Below, in pieces: positions 19,501-28,098 of a stretch of 64,000 bases of DNA. Both the position numbers and the translations under genes were made by a program. Below the pieces are notes generated by a model. It saw nothing but the letters and a program-made list of their open reading frames with translations. It was not told the origin of the DNA and did not search any database. How positions within the stretch are numbered: the stretch's first letter is position 1; each line of letters begins with the position of its first letter. The stretch covers positions 32,001 through 96,000 of the IMG/VR virus record IMGVR_UViG_3300025133_005699; one strand, 5' to 3'. The DNA comes from a virus.

Positions 19501-22500
19501 CTTTAATATGTCAACATCTGGTCATGTTGTTTCTAGTGGATTGGCTCCTACTTACATAGGCGGTGTCGCGAGTCATTCTGATAGTATGCCACTCAAAATT
19601 GGATCTACTCCAGCTGTGAATTATCTGGGGTTATCTCTTCCTGTTCCGCTTGGATTTAGATGTGGCGGAACATCTCTGTTTACCCCAACAGCATTTGGTA
19701 ACACCATAGTTAGCGGTATGTCGGCTCAATTTCCGGGCGGAACTGGCGTAAATAAAGGTGTGGCGCTATCTGTAGGTATGCCTTATAGTAGTGGAGGAAT
19801 GAGGCTTGCAATGGGTCAGCCACATTTAGGTAGTGGCAATATGAATGTTGCAATGTCTGGAGTGTATGGCTCCTATAATAGCATACCATGCATAGAGGGG
19901 AATTTATATCTTAACGCTACTCATGTCGATAACGCCAATATACCTTTAAACTTAGGTAGGCTTTCAGATAGTGGAAATATGCCACTATACATGAGAACAC
20001 CAGACCCTGCGTCCGGAGTCATGAACCTAACCATTAATACAGAACCATTTAATAGCAATAACGCTTCATATCCATCTGGGCTTCATCTTCACCAAAAGGG
20101 GTTTGCAGAAAAGACAGCAAATACAAGCCTGTATATTGGTGAGCAGGCTAGTGCGGGCTCTGCACCTCTGTTCTTAATGCAGCCACACAGGCTTCCGTTT
20201 ATAGACCCACAGTCACCGCCAACATTTGAGGGTGATGACACAATGCAGATACCCAATCTTTATGTGTCTGGAGCCGCTGTTCCTACTGCTAATAGTTTAG
20301 ATGATAATTTTCATCATCAAAAACAGATCGTTCGGGAAAATTCACAGCTTGACTATAGCTCTAACGCAGAGTCTATTATTTCTTACAATAGCTCGAACTC
20401 TCTATCTAGGAATGCATTTATTCCAAACGGGTCACATGACTATGGCGTAAAAAGGATTTCTAAAGTCGGAAGCAGTCTAGAAAGCTATAACGGGTTGGGC
20501 ACAACCTCTTTCTATAACAATGAAATGTCTAGGCAGGCAATAGATTCAAATGGAACATATTTAGCGGTTGGCACGAATTCTAGCCTCGTGTCCAATATGC
20601 CACCTTTGCAGATTTTTAATATTTTAGATGAAAGCTCTGTCAAGTTAGCATATACATACACTGAGTTTAAGGAAGACCTTGTAGATTTGAGCATTTCTAA
20701 TGCTAGTGAGGTTATGTTTTATTATAAAGACGTTAAGATCTCACCAGAAAATAAAATAGCAGTTTCCGTAAGGGCTCAGTTTAATGAGTATATTTCTGAT
20801 ATGATATTCATATTAGAGGAAAAAGCGTTCGATAGATTATCAACAACAAAAAATGCTTTTGATGAGTGCGCAATAAAGCCTCAAAAAAGACTTAACGTTA
20901 CCATCGAATCTTTCAAGAGGTGGAAAATCACATCAGCATTTACTTCTAGCTCTTGGAAAAAAACGACCAGCGTAGATAAGATTCTGAATAGGGTTATGGG
21001 CGAATCTATATCTTGGAAGGGTGAAGACCTATACTACGGAAAACAAAGTACGCGGTTTGCCAATATTTACGCTAGGTATGAATCGGATGATTATGCAACA
21101 GAAAACAAAGCGTTTGGATTCAACCAGACGCGCGACGCTGCGGGATACAACAGCAATATAAACAATATACCAGCAGGAACAAAAACTGGATTTGGATCAA
21201 AAATTCAGCTTGCGGGAGACTTCGCTTTTGTTGGTGCTCCACTGCTCGACCCATACATTGCAAACAATAATCTTTCTGCTGTTAATGCCGCATCGCCAGA
21301 TGGAGCCGTTTACATATTCAAATATGATAGTGGGTGGTCGTATGTTGATGCAATTTATAGTGGCGGATTAATCTCTTCTGCTATTGCAGGAGTGGATAGT
21401 TGTGCTTATGATGCAAAACTGTTTGGTTATGATTTAGATTATGATTCTAAGTCTGGATACCTATCTGTGGGTGAACCAATGTCTAATACAGTATATCAGT
21501 TTAATATCAACGCTGCGGGAACGCCTTCGCTATTGAATTCTTACTCTAGTACAGACAGCAAGTTTGGAACTTTTGTTAATTCTGTATCGGCAGGACTGAT
21601 AACAAATACAAAGTCTAAAATACAAGATGTAGTATATTCTCAAGATTTTGAGTTCTCAACAGAAGAAATAGAATCCGAAATTCAGCAATATGTACCCGGC
21701 ATCAATGTTATAAACAGCGTTTCTCACGAGATAGTGTCAGTCCAGAAGGCTACCCTTATCGGTGAAGAAAAGCTATTGGTGACGCGAGATTTTGAGGTCA
21801 ATTACGGTGCTGGAAGAATCAAGAAAATACAAAAGATATCACTCTTGGACCTGCGAGATATAAACGGCACGCTGTATATCTCTGGCCCATCACCCGTTTC
21901 TGATTCACTAAACCTAAGTGTTCTCATTCCTTCGGGAGGGGCTACTGGAGATTTAGGTATAACATTCGGGTCAATCGGGACTGGCGTCGCGATGCCATTA
22001 CATCTAACTAATTATATTGGTAGTGGAGAAGCTCCTCTATATATGAGGGCACCATTACAGCATCCTCAAACCCTCTATATGAGCGCTGACTTTACACCGG
22101 CTACATCAGAGTCTTCATTAGTTACGGCAGGGCCACTTTATGCTAGCAACGCTTCTGATCTTAGTATTGAGGGCAAAACTGCTCGGGACTTGTCTTCCTC
22201 AGTATTTGTTCTTGGGGGAAGAGAAGGGGGCGGAGGAATGGCTCAAATGGGCGTGAATATGAGGATTGCTCAGGTTGATCTTTATCCTACATCTGGCCAG
22301 CAAGATGTTTTAATTACTGGTATCGGACATGGAACCGGAAATATCACGGGCAGTCCTTCTCTTTGGCTTGGTGCTGGGGATTATGGGCCTGCTAGCGGAA
22401 CAACCTTCATGAGAATGGAAGCACCTCCATCGGCAGAGGTTAGTGCTTCTAAAGGCTTGGCAATCATTACAGATCCCGCGTCGGGAGTAGCTGAGAACAC

Positions 22501-22822
22501 AGCCACCCTAATGATGCCTAACACACAAACTATTGAGGTAAACCCCACCATACTAAGAGAGGCTCAACCTCTACATATAATTTCTTATGTTCAAAGCTCT
22601 GGAAATAAGAATCTGGTTGTATGGAGAGAAGGTGTTGGTGGAGGAACAGAGGCAGAGGCAGATACTAGCCTAACGCTAACCAGTATTACATCAGCATCGG
22701 GCGTAAATGTGTATATGTCAGGGGGATATATATCTACAAACACAGCAAGTCTTACACTTCCAGAGGTTTACACGACACCTAGTGGAGATCCAGATTTGTT
22801 CATAAGAGGTTATAGCGAGTAA
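13559..22822 (+). CDS. Giant virion/tail protein (3087 aa) with FG-GAP-like beta-propeller blades and SG-rich beta repeats
   Basis: TAATG-coupled to the TMP. Motifs include RFGQAIDI, GFGFNI, GFGSKIQLAGDFAFVGAP..DGAVYIF and LFGYDLDY..LSVGEP. Repeated SG-x-x-(P/N)L(Y/F) strands lie near the C-terminus. Confidence 0.7.
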   Translation: MATKSLHIQNDQTDDAGVYQRNRGADLFMEAPGGIQQFTNFDAKVTSYNNSGNEVKAGFFDSPYRYREVFRTYGNATNMPFEYENGQYSPSDIKILDDIAIVAYKEHSQSVYTVNQELEGGHVIIKVTYEKTGEKVEAFRSVDLNSGLVIPDLGTAARNLTEFTGSNEIPGTNAGINAGYSIQPIGDVADALGIGPTTESGSTGPCADGLVGDTWTWNMSEEEPGWTITSPGECAAAGCGSLPPAYEGGSDLETGVGRCGVDDTIVYDPFVSDDDIPKKVNEGVQGCAGPTMPADALENKDSAIFFSQVKNKKGEIIDVLQGLVVDFTHGSTPDDATLLSLKSMSNANLIWVDECSADYVTYYYKVPVPLSGYYYQYGQKTQCGRVDIFERRSGTITAVDGNKITVTGPTGDGEFDIHLLNDYDRIKIVSGVNETKKDHPHPINGIKYVKRLPDLYNSETEKYDIPVDNQYYIYDDENLTMETETSSLRGTDGLLWAFQPDDPNSRTAMPWSTAGSNKGAVGVWRYKQTLFSPHGLNGDGVISRGTTPYINAMGIAPISDYGGGYDGAMEDDIERVSDIRNAMHLMAWGYRFGQAIDIIKQPGTDYYWLAISELGNIANADSGMTYFGEIQTVTGMSPVVNVPTYDEEGKINGYIKRGIGLQAAIDFGLDPTTKGLATIFINHETGKYDQSIDWNNIGNYSYGGFEDDIKSAKKGITTTIVSPFGYQSVPPLSKGYGKVWLYKVSMNSADSAIQAIETPEEINAGTRNGHVSSTSVFTRRLMDVFATVGGLYWFRAWISNLKAGLTGSPKHFKTHRSNVNTGSFGTTASDQIHYNFGYPERWAPSWIDGDEDEYGNPGGFDSGTGADLPDGGMMGGMGMGGDGMGGDGMGGDGMGGDGGDGVEPVSRSAGTNLLFVKSQKFVAELITYQEEFSKTWGDSDGGVDLFREWVIPYYRTNESPFHPYQTSMNAMTNGFKFADGFGFNICMKVDDITDGNKPIIAIANTVFPYLPSISRTADAALQSMQQELDRLKRRGYEDANTQSFIDRHTKTNEFITDFLSDGSGEAIDLASMARNGSIFIHNCNQPVNTQELDYTLRVSRMDAIPEDPRLGWLNKKYQGNYFYEYNYWYSDPPSMMFRDGSLLVGTDEGRIKVFKEESLSTHRYKAKRMQNYPTQHSRFITIGGVDYLLPENKAAGGFAGGMDTGQSIMDGDMGGDMGGGMGGGMGDNSYIPDTPVEGSGYKYFTDEEKKHMKKGFWANNGMLGDSGTSEGDVDYLDTWVWNAGPGGYDYMIDSGVTGWASLQSLLDAGHGRESYAPAGFVPMITEDDKPADYVSVYRNYSHYYINPTSDVLTTPIMPVGERFMHTATISKDRHPAYTLENQKDPRVLPKDERNILLGQPFGYLFRCDNGLLVTHGASYTNEFDIEGKSLAHRLYLYEVNKDGFFDFFQKITPATSNMANGLIPTNGIQNKYNRDGNTTRYRTLDIPKESVPNYVNIFPEGSITFEEKIEESRTIAYLMKNMYDVLSGMVVLMTPYGNAVFSDSGASKSYDFISDHRSSQVSPYFSFTEEFNAKNPYNLNNMYSYREGLGIDYPANIYDVNDEHSGLCAFYNIETSSSQYNSIRILKSVIFTIDVEENTTLKGADDSDIAQVLPILTFYKDDPRKTITQTAVADAMGGGTKLPYGPNSVYNPNSPHSPLYADGLQDSAALIKYPTYRRTSVAGDQGWRATVVIDGPTLSALSAHGSLIKNSNDNKTILYNDGNGYTDGSYSQTFDDVNKASFDSRAQVESTLVVGLMSHNTQTSDFDGIYRTKWVAGDENKGTWGQELNYIPYSKPFDISSNVHSFINKAKISSVKLAYNDYDLGDIRRFRCASFRENQHSPSVFFTRLEGNDAPTKFAQPGTEGFLRMGRSKTPALFDIEGTVLGGTNSESIQIVQSASYDFWGEWAVNYVADYVSHSSDIQKPEFLSLSIYSAPQSSKSFNMSTSGHVVSSGLAPTYIGGVASHSDSMPLKIGSTPAVNYLGLSLPVPLGFRCGGTSLFTPTAFGNTIVSGMSAQFPGGTGVNKGVALSVGMPYSSGGMRLAMGQPHLGSGNMNVAMSGVYGSYNSIPCIEGNLYLNATHVDNANIPLNLGRLSDSGNMPLYMRTPDPASGVMNLTINTEPFNSNNASYPSGLHLHQKGFAEKTANTSLYIGEQASAGSAPLFLMQPHRLPFIDPQSPPTFEGDDTMQIPNLYVSGAAVPTANSLDDNFHHQKQIVRENSQLDYSSNAESIISYNSSNSLSRNAFIPNGSHDYGVKRISKVGSSLESYNGLGTTSFYNNEMSRQAIDSNGTYLAVGTNSSLVSNMPPLQIFNILDESSVKLAYTYTEFKEDLVDLSISNASEVMFYYKDVKISPENKIAVSVRAQFNEYISDMIFILEEKAFDRLSTTKNAFDECAIKPQKRLNVTIESFKRWKITSAFTSSSWKKTTSVDKILNRVMGESISWKGEDLYYGKQSTRFANIYARYESDDYATENKAFGFNQTRDAAGYNSNINNIPAGTKTGFGSKIQLAGDFAFVGAPLLDPYIANNNLSAVNAASPDGAVYIFKYDSGWSYVDAIYSGGLISSAIAGVDSCAYDAKLFGYDLDYDSKSGYLSVGEPMSNTVYQFNINAAGTPSLLNSYSSTDSKFGTFVNSVSAGLITNTKSKIQDVVYSQDFEFSTEEIESEIQQYVPGINVINSVSHEIVSVQKATLIGEEKLLVTRDFEVNYGAGRIKKIQKISLLDLRDINGTLYISGPSPVSDSLNLSVLIPSGGATGDLGITFGSIGTGVAMPLHLTNYIGSGEAPLYMRAPLQHPQTLYMSADFTPATSESSLVTAGPLYASNASDLSIEGKTARDLSSSVFVLGGREGGGGMAQMGVNMRIAQVDLYPTSGQQDVLITGIGHGTGNITGSPSLWLGAGDYGPASGTTFMRMEAPPSAEVSASKGLAIITDPASGVAENTATLMMPNTQTIEVNPTILREAQPLHIISYVQSSGNKNLVVWREGVGGGTEAEADTSLTLTSITSASGVNVYMSGGYISTNTASLTLPEVYTTPSGDPDLFIRGYSE
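16190..16249 (+). repeat. In-frame 15-bp tandem repeat (GGTATGGGCGGTGAC)x4 encoding (GMGGD)4
   Basis: Four perfect copies. A related GGDMGGGMGGGMG tract is at ~17185-17238. Confidence 0.9.
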
Positions 22823-22833
22823 GGAGTTAATTT

Positions 22834-24309
22834 ATGGCAGTTACATTTAATCCAGTTGGGGGAGACTCAATCACAATCGGCGGTACAGCCGCTACGGGGC
22901 CTTTCCCTAAATATTCAGTTTCTACCGAAAGGGTAGAGGCGTCGGACGGCACCCTTATAGATATGACATACAGCATATCTGTAACTGGTCAGATTATAGC
23001 TAGTGGAGACATGGTAGATGCTGGTGCCAGACAGGATAGTTTACATGAAGCAATGATAGCTAAACTAGTAGCTATGGAAAATGATATTCCTGTTGGAACT
23101 CTGGAAATAGTTGCCTATGGTGGGCGCGCAAATGTTTTGAATTTTAATGACGCAACACTCACAAGTATAAGCTTTGGTGAACAAGATGACGACACCGCCG
23201 GAACTCAAGTTGGGGATTATACTTTTGAGTTTACCGCCCATAAAAGAAGTTCTACTAAAACTGGTAGTTCGTACAGTCTAGCCAGTGCAGAAGAGAGTTG
23301 GGATATATCTGAGAACGCTGAGCGATATTACGCAAGTAATGATTTCACCAACCTTCCTAGCAAGACTTATACTATAACCCACACAGTAAGTGCTGCCGGA
23401 TATAACAAAGTTACAGATACTACGTTTAATGATTCTGGATGGGCTCAAGCTAAAGACTGGGTTCTCAGTAGGTTGGTTACTACTCCCGCAACAACTATCA
23501 CACAAAGTGTTGCAGGACAAGACAGGTTCACGGATTTTCAGGGAATCTACATGGGCGAAAGCTCTAGCGACTTTATTGACCTAAGCACCGATAGCGCATA
23601 CAACCATAGTCGAGTGGCGCAGTCAGACCTTCCCGGCGGCTCATATTCTGTTACAGAAACATGGTACATATCTAAACTCGCGGTCACGCATGATTTTGAT
23701 ATGTCGTTAGATACGGGAGAAGATGGAGTAACCAATATTACAGTTAATGGTAGCATACAGGGGCTTAACACATCTTCTTTTGCTACAAGATCTGAAGATA
23801 AAATTACACAGGCGGAGGGCGTTCTTGATAATTGTTTAACTCAGGCTTATGGGTTAGCAAATACCTTTTATCAAGCAACTATTACGTCTGCTACACCTCT
23901 TAGTACCTCAGAAATGTCTAAAAGTGTATCTAAAAATAGAACAACTGGTGTTATAACCTATAGTTTAAGCTATAATGATAATGAGTTAGAGTCAGATGAT
24001 ACAATAACTGAAAGTCTTCAAATTTCAGACGATAACGAAGATCGGTCAAACAATGTTGTTGCCATAATACAAATTATAGGTAAAACTGATGGCCCTATTT
24101 TTCAGAATATGGGAACAACCACTGAAAGGAAAAGGAGTGCAAGCTTGGAATGGACAATGAAAAGAGCTAATAGGAGCAGTAAGCCCTCTGCGGATGCTCT
24201 CGCTGCTGTTAATGCGTATAAACCTACAGGAGCGTATCAGCTGAGTAAGTCAGAAAGTTGGACACCCTCAACTGGCGGATATTCTTTATCAATAGAATGG
24301 ACATATTAG
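22834..24309 (+). CDS. Tail structural protein (distal tail/hub-like)
   Basis: 491 aa, S/T-rich beta protein with recurring YS(V/L)(T/S)-E-W motifs, AAGGAG RBS, in the tail operon. Confidence 0.55.
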   Translation: MAVTFNPVGGDSITIGGTAATGPFPKYSVSTERVEASDGTLIDMTYSISVTGQIIASGDMVDAGARQDSLHEAMIAKLVAMENDIPVGTLEIVAYGGRANVLNFNDATLTSISFGEQDDDTAGTQVGDYTFEFTAHKRSSTKTGSSYSLASAEESWDISENAERYYASNDFTNLPSKTYTITHTVSAAGYNKVTDTTFNDSGWAQAKDWVLSRLVTTPATTITQSVAGQDRFTDFQGIYMGESSSDFIDLSTDSAYNHSRVAQSDLPGGSYSVTETWYISKLAVTHDFDMSLDTGEDGVTNITVNGSIQGLNTSSFATRSEDKITQAEGVLDNCLTQAYGLANTFYQATITSATPLSTSEMSKSVSKNRTTGVITYSLSYNDNELESDDTITESLQISDDNEDRSNNVVAIIQIIGKTDGPIFQNMGTTTERKRSASLEWTMKRANRSSKPSADALAAVNAYKPTGAYQLSKSESWTPSTGGYSLSIEWTY

Positions 24310-24310
24310 C

Positions 24311-27300
24311 ATGGTACAATTAACAGAGCCTTTAAAAATGTTCGGCGTATACGTCGAATCTTTTACGTCGTCGGTTGGATATGGCGCGGAATCCAGCACT
24401 ATGCAGATGACCCTCGTAGAAGATCCAGACGATAACATTACAATAAAGCACTCTCTTGATGGTGGAGCTACATTTGTAGATGGGTTTCCAGAGGTTGGCA
24501 CAGTGTGCCAGTTTGCTTTTGAGGGGTTTGAGTTTGTAGGTATATTCCAGAGGTATAACTATTCTGAGTCTACTGGTGGTAGAAAGTATGACGTAACTTT
24601 TGAGTCTCCATCTAAAATTCTTGATGGCGTACAGGTTATATTGAGTGGGTTTGAGGGTACTGGATTTTGGGATAAACCATTTTACCCTTCTACTGATTGG
24701 AATTTCACTAGCCAACTTAACAATGTTTATAACCCCTTTGGTATTAAAGAAAACTACACTTGGGGAGGAACGTTTGGCTATTCTGATTATAACTCAGCTG
24801 GCTTTCCTGTCGTAGACGACCCAAACCAAACAGGGTTGGCGGCTAAGGGTCTCCTCACCATGATAGAGGAGATATCTCAGTCTAAGTATACTTACGACAA
24901 TCCAAACGGAGCCGCGATACATACTTCAGTTAACTCTAGCGGTGAAGAGCTGATAGGTGGGCCCATATGTTATGGCGACAGTAAATTTGTCATAGACTTT
25001 GGAAATCTAAAAACTATTGTGCCGGATTTCTTCAGGCTAAAGGGGCCCACCAAAAGTATAAATGCTATACTTCAAGAGTGCTGTGAATTGATTGTTCATG
25101 ATTATGTTACGATCATAGACCCTGTATATACTCAGGTACAAACAGGGTATAGCGTTGCCCGCCCCACTAGCTTTGCTCCCGGTGTTCCGCAGGGTCAATA
25201 CAAAAAGGTTATTAGAAATGGAGTAGTTCCAATTCAATATGATGTAAATGGTAACGTCACAGGGCCGGTAATATCATTTAAGTACTTAGATAAGTCTGAG
25301 CAGCCCAGACCGGGCGTTGTCGCAGACCTTGTTGCGGCGGCAAAACAAAACGATACTCTTATTTCTGCTAATAATGGTCAGGAATATGCTGATGTCGTTA
25401 CACAAAAAATGATTATTGGAGATCAAGCTACTCGCGTATGGGAAGCGGGTATGGAATATCTTATTCCCGTATATGGAAAAGATCTTAACGGTAACTGGCT
25501 AGTAGGAACGGGGTTTGGCGATCAAGATTTCGCTCCAGTGGCGCTCGGTAATGGTGGAGTGTATCAGGCTCGTATTCAGGAGTTTAGGTCTGCAATGTCG
25601 GGATTTGAGCAGTGGCAATTATATCATGAGCTAGGGGGATTTTATGGGTATAGCAATGTGGGCAACCCTCTTTACGGTTCAATAGCTATGGGTACTTCGG
25701 CAGCTATGAGCGCCTTTCTCCAAAACACGATGCCGGGTGGCGCTGTCTTACCCGGCTTTAATGGAGATTGGCATAGAAGGATGTTAATGGATGGGAGGGG
25801 GGCAGCTTCAGAAGGCGCGGGTCGCGGTCAGCAAAAAGAGATATTTGACGCGGTTTTAAATGCGGCTACAAACTATTGGGGTAAGACATACTTTGTATTG
25901 CTCCCCGTAGAGCCGGGCGGCTATGATAACAATATTAGATATAAGAATGCATTTGAAACAGAAGCAGCTTGGGAAATAACTGATGCTGGCTGGGACCCTG
26001 ATTTTCGTGTTAAAGACATAAGTATGTATAATGATGAGGGCGCACTAAAAGCTTGCGCCGGATATTATCCCTCTATTTCATCAGGCAGAACAAGTGCAGC
26101 CAAGATGAAAGATTTTGGGAATATAGAAAAAACTGTACCTTATACACTTCCCGGATCTACCACACTAGTAGGGTCAGAGATAAAGGTTGATAAGCAGATC
26201 TACTGGATGAATAATCCATACCATCAGAATAATAATAATCCATATGATGATGTAAGTGCTATGGTACATATAGAGTGCCCACAAGTATGGGAATTTGACC
26301 CTAATGCAAGCGAAAAGGCTGCTTTAGATTCCACGATGGGGCTCGGGGCATTCTCGGCTGCATTCCTGCACACTCCCGGGTGGGGGGGAAGTATCGATGT
26401 AGAGGGTGAGCAATACTGGCTGGAGGTGGAAAATCCGGATACTGGCAATAAGACAACGGAATACTACAACACATCTAGCTATTCATCATTTGAAAACGAG
26501 ATGATGGCAATGAGATATTCGCCAAGGGTTGTTAGGCCTTTTAAGGTTTCAATTCCTCAAAAGAGCAATCGCTATAGCTGGGGTCCTTGGTATAGGTTTA
26601 GCACTAAAATAGGTAAGGCTGAGGTAGAACAAAACAGTCAGTTAAAACCTGAAACATTTGGAAGTAGAGCGCTTTTAGATAAAGCCGGTGCGGCTTTAAC
26701 TTATGCTGGAACTGCTGATTTATATGCTTCTGAGTCTGGGTCTGTTGATTTAGCTGAATTCCCACAATACAACATTGCAGATAGGTTTGACACAAACGGC
26801 CCATATATTACAAAGATGGATGTCTCCGTTGGTACGGGTGGGATTACTACAAAATATCAGTTCTCTACATGGACTAGGAATTTTGGTAAGATAGCTAAGT
26901 ATAATATTGACCGAATAGCGAAGATAAACAAAGATAAAATTAAGGCCCAGAAAGAGGGAACTGTCGCTCGGTTTAGCACTAATCAAAAGAGCTCTGTAAA
27001 TGCATTACAGCAGCATGCCAATGTCCTTAATCCCATAGATACAAACTTCATGAGTGGACTTCAGGTTCCTGCTCTTCCCGCTGGCGGCGCTAACTCCAAT
27101 TCGCTTGGGTCAACTGTTATGTCTATGTCTACAAAAAATGCGGCGTCTTTACATTTTTCTTCTGGTCGAGGTGTTAGCTTTCACGGCAAGAATGCGCCCA
27201 GTTATAATTTTAGCTTTGGATGTACTCCCGAGCAGCTATGGTCTCCGGTCGGTATAAGAAAAGCACCCACCGAGGGAAAAGATCCGCAAGGCAATCCAGA

Positions 27301-28096
27301 CATTCTACCTTACATTTGGGAGCCGACTAAGGGGGAAAATATAGATGAAGATGCCGATACGTCTGGTGGAGCAGATCATTTTTATAACCAGCACGTATCT
27401 CCTACTTCCAGAGATTTAGACCCATATGCTTTGAGTAGGGATGATCCAAATATGCCTGCGAGAATGAAAGAATTCGTTAAGCTTGATTTTGGGGCAGTTC
27501 TGATGGATGACTTTAATTGGCTAATTGGTAAGAGTCCCCTTACGGGCGAAACAAACAACATGCATCTATCTTTCAATGGTAATACTGTTCCTAGCGATGT
27601 TGACGAGGTAAGAACATTTGGCTTGCGTGGCCCACTACTGCTGTCTGGTTGGGGTTATGACGTTATGGGGCATCCTGTTCCCGGAAAGGCAGATGGTAAT
27701 TTTGAACCACTTAATCCCGCAGAAAATAGAGCGAGCTGGAAAACCGGCCCTGTTGATTTAAAATGGGACGATGAGCGTCAGGTTTGGGCTGGCGGACTTC
27801 AGTTTGTAGAGGGGATTCTCGAAACCAAGATTGAACCAGCTGAAGATGCTATTGATACGCCAGACACTACGGGCACAATGAAAGTATATAGGCGTACCAA
27901 TAAGGTCGCAGGGATGGAATGGAGCGAGGAAGACGAACATGGAGAATATGGAATTATAACCCTTACAAACCGTGACCCCTCTTTGTCTGTTGATCCCGGC
28001 GCCGCTGACTATGATATATATGTAATGGCGGTGAGGATTAATCAAGAGTGGCGAGTAGTTTATGTAAGTTGTGACAACAAAAGCACAGGAGCATAA
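24311..28096 (+). CDS. Tail tip/baseplate hub-like protein
   Basis: 1261 aa. The N-terminus (FTSSVGYGAESSTMQMTLVED...FVGIFQRY) resembles the start of hub proteins. Called mainly on position. Confidence 0.5.
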   Translation: MVQLTEPLKMFGVYVESFTSSVGYGAESSTMQMTLVEDPDDNITIKHSLDGGATFVDGFPEVGTVCQFAFEGFEFVGIFQRYNYSESTGGRKYDVTFESPSKILDGVQVILSGFEGTGFWDKPFYPSTDWNFTSQLNNVYNPFGIKENYTWGGTFGYSDYNSAGFPVVDDPNQTGLAAKGLLTMIEEISQSKYTYDNPNGAAIHTSVNSSGEELIGGPICYGDSKFVIDFGNLKTIVPDFFRLKGPTKSINAILQECCELIVHDYVTIIDPVYTQVQTGYSVARPTSFAPGVPQGQYKKVIRNGVVPIQYDVNGNVTGPVISFKYLDKSEQPRPGVVADLVAAAKQNDTLISANNGQEYADVVTQKMIIGDQATRVWEAGMEYLIPVYGKDLNGNWLVGTGFGDQDFAPVALGNGGVYQARIQEFRSAMSGFEQWQLYHELGGFYGYSNVGNPLYGSIAMGTSAAMSAFLQNTMPGGAVLPGFNGDWHRRMLMDGRGAASEGAGRGQQKEIFDAVLNAATNYWGKTYFVLLPVEPGGYDNNIRYKNAFETEAAWEITDAGWDPDFRVKDISMYNDEGALKACAGYYPSISSGRTSAAKMKDFGNIEKTVPYTLPGSTTLVGSEIKVDKQIYWMNNPYHQNNNNPYDDVSAMVHIECPQVWEFDPNASEKAALDSTMGLGAFSAAFLHTPGWGGSIDVEGEQYWLEVENPDTGNKTTEYYNTSSYSSFENEMMAMRYSPRVVRPFKVSIPQKSNRYSWGPWYRFSTKIGKAEVEQNSQLKPETFGSRALLDKAGAALTYAGTADLYASESGSVDLAEFPQYNIADRFDTNGPYITKMDVSVGTGGITTKYQFSTWTRNFGKIAKYNIDRIAKINKDKIKAQKEGTVARFSTNQKSSVNALQQHANVLNPIDTNFMSGLQVPALPAGGANSNSLGSTVMSMSTKNAASLHFSSGRGVSFHGKNAPSYNFSFGCTPEQLWSPVGIRKAPTEGKDPQGNPDILPYIWEPTKGENIDEDADTSGGADHFYNQHVSPTSRDLDPYALSRDDPNMPARMKEFVKLDFGAVLMDDFNWLIGKSPLTGETNNMHLSFNGNTVPSDVDEVRTFGLRGPLLLSGWGYDVMGHPVPGKADGNFEPLNPAENRASWKTGPVDLKWDDERQVWAGGLQFVEGILETKIEPAEDAIDTPDTTGTMKVYRRTNKVAGMEWSEEDEHGEYGIITLTNRDPSLSVDPGAADYDIYVMAVRINQEWRVVYVSCDNKSTGA

Positions 28097-28098
28097 CT

